DNA of 62,417 nt, filler included, from Rhabdomonas costata (lineage: Eukaryota): assembly GCA_019059605.1 (NCBI GenBank). It is 22 parts of 22 records of this genome, joined end to end, with 100 filler letters (N's around TTAATTAATTAA, not from the genome) between each part and the next. Parts side by side here need not be neighbours in the genome. Positions count along the whole stretch, not along the records: positions 1 to 2,735 come from JAHMHO010002191.1; positions 2,836 to 5,572 come from JAHMHO010002192.1; positions 5,673 to 8,409 come from JAHMHO010002193.1; positions 8,510 to 11,246 come from JAHMHO010002194.1; 18 more parts are not named here. One strand, 5' to 3'. A model generated the notes under the pieces. It had not been told where the DNA came from, ran no database searches, and saw only the letters and a list, made by a program, of their open reading frames with translations. Positions within the stretch are counted from its first letter, which is position 1. Every line of letters begins with the position of its first letter. Shown in pieces: positions 1 through 11,346 of this stretch. The position numbers and the translations under genes were made by a program.

Positions 1-1472
1 TGTGTTGTGGCTCAAGAGTGCATTTCTCAAAGCATCGAAATTACAAATCGCAACAGGTCCGTTTGAGGTGCCAAAGTCGAACCAAAAAATACAACCGCCT
101 TCCAAATTCCTGGAGAAAAACTGTGCTATGTCTTTCCTCCCGTTCATAACTGCAAAGCAAGCATCAAGCACGGGCACCTCTGGGCAGATAACTCTGCCCA
201 TGAGGCGCAGCTTTAAAAGCTGTCGCGCAACATGTATAGTTGGGAGGAAGGGCAGGCAAAAACGGAAAGCACGGAAAGAAGCAAAAGAAGGCATAGAAAA
301 ACGAAGCACAAGCACGGTCCAGTCAGCTGTGGAGGACAGTGACCCCCTGCCCCCCTTTCTTTTCCTTAAGTTATTGAGCCCACGTTGGAACAGAGAAAGC
401 CCAACGCGTAACACCGCACCACAGTCACTCAACGCACGACAAGCGAAGAAAAAAGACGGGGCGGGGTTGCTCAGTGGGTTTCAGGGCGCGTATCCGCCCT
501 TGATTGTGGTGCACAACGAATGAGCTCCACTTCACCACAGCCCCAAAAATACCTTCCCCCTTCTCTCACCGAAGTGTATAGCAAATGTTTGCTATACACA
601 CATGCGCTCTCTCCCCGTCCCCGCACAGAAATCTGGTCTTCAAAAAGCATCGCTCGTTCCTCCACATGGAAAGGGAGGAGACTAGCACAGCATCTCCACG
701 AGCACAAAACGCACGCAAAAAACAAGCATCCCACGCAGAGAAGAAAAGGGTAGGGTGGTGTCGCAACCTGTTTAAGGGTTGCAGACACCGCTCCGAAGAG
801 GGAATGGGAAGGGAAGGAGGGGTGGCCTTACGCTCCCATTGAACGTACTCAGAGCAGTCGAACTCGTCTGTACAGAGCAAGAGAGACTCACCCCGAAAGC
901 GAAGGAAGCGCTCAGCGCGGGAAAATATGCATGAACTCCGGTCAGACGGGGTCGAATGTATCGGAAAATACACGCAATGCAAGATGTACAGGAATGGAGT
1001 CTGCGACTTGCCCATAGTTCAATGGCAAACGCCAGCAAGACAAACAAAAACAACCTCTGTGCAAAAAGCACTATACGTCATTGCCCAAGAAATGGTTGCG
1101 GTTCACCGTTTCACTCGCTTTTTCTCGTGTAAAGGCCGAAACGCTACAGGTTAGCGGTGAGAGGCGTTTTAAAATTTAGGAAAGAAAATTAGACAATTTG
1201 TTAAAAATTTCAGAAAGTTTCTTTTGATTTGATTTTGTGAAATTCTCAACGGATTGGGCCCTAATTTCAAGTGACTTGGCACTTAGGTATTAGGTGCAAA
1301 AAGAACTGCGCGTCCAAAGCTAGAACTATTCTAACGATGACGATAATGCTTGGGTTGCGTGGCTTCTATTTTAAAAAAACATAGACCCACGACAGCCTAC
1401 CGAGACACATCAACACAACAGACCTCTATAAAAAGCCTTCCACAGCTCAGAAAGCGCACACGCAGAGTGGGG

Positions 1473-2331
1473 TCACAGGTTGAGGTCATCGCTGGCGTTG
1501 GCGTTGTAGACGTCATCACGTGAGCTGATGCCAGGGATCGTTGAGGACCTCCGGTCATCCTGCAGGATCGTCTCAAACTTGCGAAACTGAGCTGCTTTGA
1601 TGTCCTCCAGCTGGTTCGCGGTGTACCGCGGCACCAGAAACGTACACACGATCCCGGCCAGACCGACACCGGCGCAGACGTAAACCACCCCCTGAATCCC
1701 AAAGCTGCTGTTGTCCAGCAGCGGAGGGAACACGTAGCCCGCAATGGCAGCTCCGATCTTCCCCGAGGCTGCACTGATCCCATGGCAGGTCGCCTTCACC
1801 TGTGACGGGAAGTACTCTCCAGGGATGATGTAGGTCGTGCTGTTGGGTCCGAAGTTGGAGAAGAAGTAGGTCAGGCCGTAGATGAAGATAAACAATCCAG
1901 GGTAGCCTTGCAGGTGGAAGAACGCCGCGGACAGGATCACGAACAGTACCACCAGCATCACGAAGCCCCCCATCTGGAGGTTCCACCGCCCCACCCGGTC
2001 CAGCAGGGCGATGGTGCAGAAGTATCCCGGCAGCGCCATCAGGACCACGTACAGCGAGCTCAACGCCGTCTGCTCCACGGAGGACCCCAGGCCCATCATC
2101 TTCGTGATCGTGGTGCTGAACAGCCCGTTGCCGTAGAACGAGATATCCAGCAGGAACCACGTTGAGGCGGTGCCCAGGATTTGCCGCCACCAGACGGTGA
2201 ACGCCGCCTTGAGGTTCCTGGCGTGGCTCACGCGGGTCGTCTTGGCAACCGTGAAGGCTTCCGACTCGTGCATCTTGGCCCGGAAGTAGGCAGTGGGGAT
2301 CGCTGGTACAGCACCGAAGGCCAGTGCAAAC
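1473..2331 (-). CDS. MFS inorganic phosphate:H+ symporter (PHO84/PHT1 family), 3' exon(s)
   Basis: Translation contains RFALAFGAVPAIPTAYFRAKMHES, GTASTWFLLDISFYG, ALPGYF, FFSNFGPNSTTYIIPGEYFPSQVKATCHGISAASGKIGA. AG acceptor at 2332-2334; TGA stop at 1473. Confidence 0.93.
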
Positions 2332-2735
2332 CTGTTTCGTGTTGTTCATTAGATCGTTAGACGTTCGGATAAAAAATACTCTCATTGTATAAAACGTTCG
2401 GAGCAAAAATCGTGTTCAAGAGAAGCTTCGTAGAAGCCTTTCGGAATTTGGCAGCACCACTATGCTTGAACGTAAATCGGGCTTTTGGCGGATGGGATTC
2501 CGAACTATTAGCTTAGACAAAACCGAACCGGTAACGCACAAACTTGCCTGCTCTGGTACCAATGACTCGAACCAATATAAAGAAACCCTATATTCATCGG
2601 CAGTCATGGAGTGACGGCAAAGTACATAGGCCGGGAAGTTTTAGCGTAGTTAAGGCGTCTTTAAAAGCCAACAAATCGGAGCTCCATTCGAGAAAAGATG
2701 TAATGCAATTGCACTCGGCCGAACCCCCCAACCCC

Positions 2736-2835
2736 NNNNNNNNNNNNNNNNNNNNNNNNNNNNNNNNNNNNNNNNNNNNTTAATTAATTAANNNNNNNNN
2801 NNNNNNNNNNNNNNNNNNNNNNNNNNNNNNNNNNN
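2736..2835. other. Artificial contig spacer N44-TTAATTAATTAA-N44 (first of 21; others start at 5573, 8410, 11247, 14084, 16920, 19756, 22720, 25556, 28389, 31224, 34059, 36894, 39730, 42582, 45416, 48250, 51086, 53918, 56752, 59586)
   Basis: An identical 100-nt block recurs about every 2.8 kb. TTAATTAATTAA places stop codons in all six frames. Confidence 0.98.
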
Positions 2836-5800
2836 TGTGTTAGGTGTGTTTAGTGTGTGGTGTCATTGGGTGTACTTGCGGTATTGCTTTCGTGTATGGG
2901 TTTGCTTGTGGTGTGTCAGATGGCTTGTGGTAAGATGCTGCTTTTGGGTGGTGCTTTGGGTGGACGCTGCTTCTTTGGTGATCCTCGGGATGGTGGTGCG
3001 TGGGGTGTCGGTGTCGAGACACGTGTAGAGAATGCATGAGGGGTTCTTGGGTGAGGAGGAACGTACCACCCTATGGTGGGGAGTTACGACGAGTAGGAAT
3101 GCCTTAAGAGGGGTGTTTGATGTCGGTCAGTTGATGCGTTGCATCTCCTTCCATCCTAAATGCGTTTTTCGGTCGCTCCCCGCATGCGGTACGCTCCCTC
3201 ACAGATACAGGGTAAAGAGAAGAAGAAGAAGACCGCCTCCGGCGACTCTCTCACTACGTTCGCTACGCTCACTTCGTTCGTAATGCAGTGGTTCTCTTCG
3301 CTAAGTTAGTACTTAGTACTCTCAGTACTATCAATATATTAAGGCCTCAACTATTGGTATCACTCAGTGTTCTGGTGAGATTTTCCATATACACAAGGTT
3401 CATCTCTGCTAGAAAGAAAAGAACTGTGATGTTCAAGTGGAAAAGTTAGGGTATTTTTGGAGCTTAATTTGCAGTGCGTTTGAGAATGGAAGGAGCTTAA
3501 AACGACATATTTATATCTGAATGTAGCTTACTATACTTTTTGAAGGCAAAAATGTGCTGGACAACAAGCGCAAGCACTAAGTGGTAAATTTGGAGACAAA
3601 GTAGATTAGTTAGTTTGCAACGAAGTAATATTATTTGCTACTATTGTTATTATTGCTGTTATTCGGGATGAACAATAGAAAGTAGAAAGTACTTAAGACT
3701 AACATCCACTGTTTTATTCAGGAGACTTTCTTCATTACGAGACAAGAGGTTTTGATACATCAGTATGGTTGCCGGAATGCGATAAAAAATGTAGTGGTGA
3801 AAATGAGGAACGTGATGAAGGAAACTTCGGTAATAATCACAGGTGAGAAAAATTATCTTGAAGATAAGTTCATAAAGCAAGCGTTCCAGATAATTTTCCT
3901 GAAATGTAGCCAACATGAGGGCATTAAAAGTAGTGGATGGTTAGAAAGTTTTACGCAGTGAATAAGAAAGGTCTCTTTATAAGAGTCAAAGAATGTAATT
4001 CTTCTCACCGGTTCCTATTTAGTCAAGGTGCCGGAAGAAGGTAATTTGCTGACTGGAGTTCAAACTTGACTAATGGGTGGAGAACTGGACAAGGCGGAGA
4101 TCGGAAGAATAATGTTCAGGACAGACCTCAAGATTTTGATATGGAAGTTGAAAGTTACGACATATTCATACGAAGATGATGTCCTTGATGACGATCATGG
4201 GTATTCAGAGCAAAGATCATATGAAGTCCTCAAAAGTAGATAAAGTTGCTTGAACGCAAACGGTTCATGACCCAGCCCTAAGTGAGCAATATCAGTTGGT
4301 CCGTTCAAATTAGGAAACGCTATTAATATAGCATGAAGTTGGGTAGGTAAGCTTTCTGGTAGGCTGATGCCGAGACCTCGGCAAACAACGCCGTTTTCGC
4401 ATTATGTTGGTGATGGTGGTTTTTGTTGAATTTACGCAGTTTGTTGTTGGTTTAAGTGAAGTTGCTCTTTTAGTGCGCATTTTTTACCTTTTATCTTTCA
4501 TATGAAACCATTTCGTTTTGATGGAGTCGCAGTGTGAAAGTTGGACATAATGTGCATGGCTTGGTGTGCAAAGCCTGGGGTGCACAGCTTTTGCAAAGAG
4601 ACGGATTTGAGACAGTTTTTTTCTTAAAAAGACCACACCACCCGAGAAAAAGCAGAATACCAAACAGGGAAAGCGAACACTCTCGGATTGTGCAGCTTTT
4701 TCGTCGCAAGGTTCCAGCTTGATGCGTTAATGGTACGGGGCCACGGCCCAGTTTTGGAAAACGCTTGGTTGTAAGAAAAAAATCCCCGGTTGCTTTGCAT
4801 TTTGCAGATTTGGGTAGCCAAAAAGCGTAATCTGAGCCCGGAGGGCAAAGAAATGGTTTCCAAAGAAGGGGCGGAGTTTTCAGTTTAGATGCGCGCATCA
4901 ATAAAAATGAGCGGGCGATACAACGACCATGACCGCTGGAAGAAAGAGGCTCTCATCAGAAGGTTCGGCAGGTCTACGTTCAGGACTATCACATCAATTG
5001 AAAAGGAAACCGTGCAGAAGTTCATTAAAAAACGAGATTCTGGACGAGAACCGCCCGTTCACCAAGGAAAAGCGGGAGTCCCCGTCCCTACGCGCGCCTA
5101 TGGCGTTTGGCAGTAAGCCTCATAGGCTGGCCCCGACACCGGGGCTCACGGCCACAACGCGCTGTAGCAGGGAGGGCTTTGGAGGCAAAGAAAAGCCGGA
5201 AAAAAGAGAACTTTCCAACGGAGCCCGGGCGGGGGCGGGCAAAAGGTTGCATGAATGCCAAGCGCCGAACTGTCACATCCGTGGGATCTGGCCGACGCGC
5301 CGTACAAAGGAATGTCTATGTCGACCGCGGCCTGGGGCTCCCCAAAAGAAGGACGCACAGGAGAGACCGAGACCCAGGCTGCCAAGCGGGCTCTGGCGCC
5401 TCCTGCTAGTGTCGGCGTCCGTTACGTATCTGCGGATGTCGCGAGTGGTCACGGAAGTCTCGGCACGGGAGCAACGCGCTGGGCTCCCTTCACCATTGCG
5501 AAAAAGGGCCACGAAAAAAGTTCCCATTGTAACTGGGTTGGACGGGAGGCGGCCTGTCTTCCACAAAACCACNNNNNNNNNNNNNNNNNNNNNNNNNNNN
5601 NNNNNNNNNNNNNNNNTTAATTAATTAANNNNNNNNNNNNNNNNNNNNNNNNNNNNNNNNNNNNNNNNNNNNTGCCTCCGCCCTCGCCCCCGCTGGGCCC
5701 CACGGCTGAGTCGGAACAGTCAAGGCAGGTTTGTTCCACTGGGATGCGGGGTGCATTTTCTCTTCCGTCCTTGCTGGGTGGCAAACTGACATCGATCCGA

Positions 5801-6255
5801 GCGCTTCATGCTTTTTATAATCTTTGAATTGTTTTCTGACGAGTTACGGCCCTGCCGACTTCAAGATACGAGGTGGCTATGGATGAGGGCCGGCCGTTTC
5901 GCACATTTCTAGATACAAAACCCTGGACCAACACACTCTCTTTGCTGCGTTTTCTGGTTTGGGTCTGCGCGTCTGCTGTCTTTCCCCTCCACTTCTCCAA
6001 CTCCCCAACCACCGCCACCACCACCACTCAGCGCTCCGGTTCTCTCAGAGGTATCGTAAAGGGCGGTGAGGATGGCTTTGAACGGTCACTACTACTACTG
6101 GTTATGCTTATTCTAAGTGCGTGGAATTTCGTTGAACTGGCATTCTCCGTCAGTGTGAGATACCGAAAAAACTCGTCGTCTGACCAAGCACTAGATGCAG
6201 CATCCACCGATGCGAGGCTTTCTGCGCTTCTCCTGCTTTATGGCCCTTCCCGCAG

Positions 6256-7952
6256 GTGCGTCTGGCCGCCGCAATTGCAGCTCTGGAGGAACTGGGCCAG
6301 CGCTACCACCTTCGCGAGGTGCATCGCAGGGCAGAGAGCCTTGGGAAGACCGTGCTGGAGCTGGGCTCAGATCAATGCTTCCAGGTCTTTTCCGAGGTGT
6401 GTGTGTTGCGGCCAACCAGTGCACGCTGTTTTCGTGGAGCAGGAGGGGGAGGGGGGGTGTCAATGAATTTTTTTTTTACAAAAACGGAGAACTGGGGGTC
6501 GCTATTCATTTGACATCGGCATACCCAAACCCTCCCGTCGGATGAAGATCGTTTGGGTTTCGGTTGGCGTTTGGGTTTGTTACGGTGGAGTGCGCACGTT
6601 CTTTTCTTCCCATGTACCGGATTCCTGTTGTAAGCACATGCCCTTCATAAAAACTAAGCATATGGTGACAGTGCCGTTGCCAGCAGTACAACAGGATGCA
6701 TTACTGTGCTTTGTATACCCCCTATACATTGCCGAGCTCTTGAAGTCTACCCAAGGGGGGACGCAAAACTGACTCATCATGATAACCTAAGTTCCGGAAC
6801 AACAACTAGGACTCAAGACGGTCATGACCACAATCCGGAGTCACAGAAGCGGACGCGCGGGGGACAACCCCCCTCCAACCCTACCGAATACAATCCCATG
6901 GAGCTCAAATGCAATGGTACAAAGTCAGACGGCGCTTTGCTGGTGGCCGGGGAAAAGCTAAATGCACCAGCCTCCAATCCCTCCACACCGCAGACGTCTA
7001 AGGGACTGGACCAGCAGAAGCAGACACACCAGTTCTACTTGCAGTGCAAGGCACAGGCAAAAGAGAAGGGCCAGAGCCTGCAGGACTGCTTGCTGGCGCT
7101 GCGGCAGGCCAAGCGGGACCTCGAGTTGCTGAACCAGGTGTGCTTACCCTCGCCCCAAGCTCCAAGCCCCAAGACTCTGTGCCAGCAGGAAGCCCGTGAG
7201 TAGTTTTGCCCGACCCTCCATTTGCGGTATTTTGTTGCTTGGCTTTTTTGGTGCTTGGCCCCGATTTTGATTGACTTTGGCAAAGCAAGAGGAAAATGAA
7301 CCATGCACATCCTAGTTATTCCTCGCGAAACATTTTTATGTGCGCCGACTTTTCCTCATAATTTTCTCCCATGTTCCATGATTGTCTCCAAGCGGGGGGC
7401 TCGTTTGGCGTCAAACCTATCTAACAAAAAGAACTGTAGGTTTTAAGCCCAAACTTGAACAGTGGTTTTCAAGGAGTTTCAGGCGCAACATCCCGTAGTG
7501 AGCTGTGTCCCCAGGGTTTCCAAAAAACAAAATTCATGTATTCTGTAATTGCCTTTATTCTCTCTGGTGTTTCTGGATTTAAGATCGCTTCTTCTGGAAG
7601 CCACGCGCAGTGAAGTTGAACCGTAATCAAAACCGATCAGGCACCGATCGGTGAGGACGGCGCGGAGCCTGCAGGAGTGGCTCAGCGCAGAGAAGATCTT
7701 CGGGTGACCATAGCAGGCGGACAGCAGACCCTGGACTCACTCGCCGCAGAAGTCCGACGGTTGAAGGCTGAGTGCGAGCAGACTCAGCTCCACCTTTCCA
7801 AGTGGGACGCCGCGCGCCGCAGGGACTTTGAGGTTTGGTGGGGTATTGTGAAGGACATTGCCGGAGACTAGCGACTCTGAAAAAAGCTAGCTTTGAGAAC
7901 ATGGCAAAGGCTGTGGAATGAGATGTTGAAGGAGATGCCGAAGGCTGCTTGA
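6256..7952 (+). CDS. Multi-exon coiled-coil protein, possibly the C-terminal BAR region of a sorting nexin (exons ~6256-6384, 7003-7137, ~7675-7832, ~7854-7952)
   Basis: AG/GT-bounded helical exons. KWDAARRRDFE followed by ..KASFENMA..LWNEML resembles the end of an SNX/Vps5 BAR domain. A 1-nt indel near 7905 is needed to keep the frame. Confidence 0.4.
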
Positions 7953-9560
7953 CCTCCTGCCCATCGTGTACTTTAGCAACGTAGCAGCCGTTGTTTTTTG
8001 TTCAAAGCACCTCTCATTTGGCAGATGAAAGGATACCTTTACTCGTTTGATTGTTACTGACCTTGGTCTTTACTGTACTCCTGCCAGTTGACGTTCACGT
8101 TCACGGGTGTTTTACGTTGGGTCTTTTAGGTCAAGGGATTCGTCTTGTCCTTTGCCATACACCCACTCGATGATGCAACCAATCGCTGCCAGGCGGCTTT
8201 CCATCGACCCGCGCCAAGTTCTAATTGTTCTCTGTTCATCCTAAACGTTGAGGGGAAGTTTCGGACCAACTGGGGCGAAAGCAAAACAAGCGAACCAACC
8301 AACAAACCAACAAACAAACAGTCGAACAAACAAACAACAAGCGAGGCGCAGAGGCAACAGTGCTGAGACCTGAATCCGGAAAATGCAATGCGCACGAATA
8401 CCCAACACANNNNNNNNNNNNNNNNNNNNNNNNNNNNNNNNNNNNNNNNNNNNTTAATTAATTAANNNNNNNNNNNNNNNNNNNNNNNNNNNNNNNNNNN
8501 NNNNNNNNNCCATTGTGGTGTAATCATCTCAGCGGGGACACATTCACTCCAGGAGATTAGGGTGGTAGAAGGGTGGGTTGTGTACAGGGCAAGCAGCGGT
8601 GGGACATTAACCCCGATGGCACCTCCAGTGGGGGCAAGGCGGTGCGGTCTGCCGTGCTGGAATTCAGCCAGCAGGTTCACAGGCAGGTTGGGGTCACCTA
8701 CGAAGACCTGTGGCCCTCCTGGTATCTCCGCAAGTGAAGTGAGCGGAGAACCACCTTCGAGCGGTTTGCAAGGCACCACTGCCCCGCGCTTTGCACTGCG
8801 ATACTAGGGCTGCGTTGGCTGTGCCTTCCATTGTCTCTGCAGGGTCGATGGGCCGAGTAGCGAAATATGCAAGCCGCTGCAGGCACCTTTTCGGACCGAC
8901 GGGAACCCTGTTGTGCTGGAAAGACGTCAGCTTCGCTTGATTTCTTCACGGTTCCTCCGAGTGTCCGTTCAAGTAGACCCAGACGGGGCAGACGTGACAC
9001 GTGGCATTGAGGGTTGGCTGGCCCCGCGGCCACGCGTTGTCATCTTGCTTTTGCTGGACTGCTAACTGATGCAATGCAATGATTTTTGCAACATCCCGAC
9101 CGTGGCACATGCCTGCTTTGCCCTCGCACAACTCCCTAGAAGCACTTTTGAACAAGTTTTCGGCGTCATTAAGAATTAATTTGTTCTGCGAATGATGTCT
9201 TTTAGGATTGGCTTTGCTGAAATGGTGGCTGGTGTTGTTTGGGGGCCACTAGTGCTTCACTGTGCTTTGGCTTTATTAGAACGTCGACCTGGATTTCCAG
9301 CGGGCTGTTTTAGCTTCGTTTAGGTCAAGGTGCTGAGATTTTTCTTCTGGACTTCTTAGAAAGAATACTTTGCTCTTTCCATTGGGGTACGCGAGCAAAG
9401 TCTATGGGAACCGTCCATTCAGTTATCAAATGTTATCCGCGGCAGTGGGATAAGACGACCAATATCTCGTCTTCTGATGCTGTGGTGCGTGAATGGGAAG
9501 GTGTTTCTTTCTCAAAGCTCTTGTTTCGAAATCGCCTTTGCGCATTGTGAGGAGCGGGGA

Positions 9561-10139
9561 ATGGCGGCGCACCAGTTGTTCTCTTGCGGCACGAAGAACC
9601 GCCCCGAGCTCCCACCCAACGACCGCAACTGGGACGCCCGGGTGCTGCAGCGGAACCCCCACAACGAGCCCACTTTGAAGGCGCTGACAGGGCTGTGCCC
9701 TGAGGTGCAGGAGTACGTTCGGGGTGACCCAGGTGAGTGTTTAACAATTGGCAATACCCAATGAACTGCGGGGTGTGCTGGGGGAACGAGGCGACGTTGC
9801 GAAGTTTGCCATTGTAGCCGATGAAGTCCCTTCCACACCCCTAAAGTCTCAAAAATATTTTTGCGAAGAAACGCTTGGAAAAAAATACGAAGAATTTCAA
9901 AAGCAGAAAAAATACAAAAATTGTTCTTCGCTTGTACACACACAGGGTTTTCGCCGCTGGTTGCCGAGGTGGTTGGGTTCCTGTCAGCGGCGGATCCAGT
10001 GAAGACCCCGCTGCGGGCATGTGTGTACTGCATTGGGGGCACCCATCGCAGCGTCAGCATCGTGGAGGAGGCTAACAAGCAGCTGAAGGCAAAGGGCATC
10101 CCCGTGCAAGTGACTCATATGGAGCTGCCGGCGCAGTGA
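9561..10139 (+). CDS. RapZ (YhbJ/YvcJ) C-terminal-domain protein, copy 1 (exons 9561-9732 and 9946-10139, ~121 aa)
   Basis: The spliced product reads LFSCG..WDARVLQRNPHNEPTLKALTGLCPEVQEYV...VYCIGGTHRSVSIVE...VTHMEL, paralleling the RapZ CTD motifs SFG..FDVRFLPNPH..L..TGLD..V and IGCTGGKHRSV..E..HR. A GTGAGT..CAG phase-1 intron keeps the frame. Confidence 0.85.
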
Positions 10140-10697
10140 GCAGAACGCACTTGTTTATTGGCTTTATGCCTGTACTGTACTAATGCACCATACCATATCA
10201 ACCATAGGTTGAGGGAGAACCGCATTATCTCTGGACATGTTTTTCCTCGCCGATTCACTCCGAGAACCGAGAGCACACGGCGAACACAAGCGACCGCCAC
10301 GTTCCCTCTTTCATGGAGCACATTGGTCTTGGGGTGCGGATGTGCGCGATGCCGCTGCGCGCACTTAACAGTTAGATGCTTTCCTTCAACCACTTCAAGT
10401 GGTTTGGCGCTAAATTTCCAAGCGAACACCCAGTGTTTTTTCAGAAGCTCCATTTGGATTTGGAGTCGCTGCGGTTGCCAAGGAAAGAATTTGGTTTGGG
10501 TGAGACGAAAGAGCAACCACCGCCGAAGAAGAAACCCGGAACGGGATGCAAATACCGGTGTAGATGTGAAGCCGGTTCTGGCATCCCCCCCCCCGGCCCC
10601 CGCCCACTAAAGCGCTGGGTTCGCTGTTTTTTGTCAAGGAATGCTATTCTTTCTTCTCTTGGCTTTCGTTGCCTCTGCTACTTTTGTGGACCTTGAA

Positions 10698-10884
10698 ATG
10701 GACAGTGCGAGGAGAGCTACTCACCGCTTGTACTCGTGCGGGGTGCACCGTCTGCGCACTAACCCGCCAAAGTGTGACTCCTTTTTTGATGCTCGAGTCG
10801 TACCTGACCCTTTCTTTGTGCCTTCGCTGCGTTCCCGGACTGGTCTGGATCCGGAAGTGCAAACCTTTCTCAGCCATTCCCCAA
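10698..10884 (+). CDS. RapZ C-terminal-domain protein, copy 2, first exon (downstream exon unresolved)
   Basis: HRLYSCG...FFDARVVPDPFFVPSLRSRTGLDPEVQTFL. GT donor at 10885 falls at the same position and phase as the copy 1 intron. Confidence 0.7.
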
Positions 10885-11346
10885 GTCAGAGCCCCTCCCC
10901 ACACACATCATCTTCCTCTTTCTTTCTCTTTTTGGTGCACCTCTAACCTGATTTTCTGTGCTCACATGGGTTTTGCTCAGTTTGGGGTTAACCGAAACGG
11001 AGCTGGACACATTGATTGACCACCGTGAAATCTAAGAATCAGTGAGTAGGCCGAAAATTCTCCCCCCCCCCTCCTGGTCCGCGAATTGTCGAAAAGTCGA
11101 CTTTTGTGAAGGACTTGAATTTGGACATTGAGTGTGCCCTACCTTGCTTTGAGACTTTGGGGTGGAGTCTGAGGCACCCATCCCGTCGTGTCCCGTCGTG
11201 TCAGATGAAACCGAAGCCTCTGACAGCAGTCCAACGAACTGAGGTTNNNNNNNNNNNNNNNNNNNNNNNNNNNNNNNNNNNNNNNNNNNNTTAATTAATT
11301 AANNNNNNNNNNNNNNNNNNNNNNNNNNNNNNNNNNNNNNNNNNNN

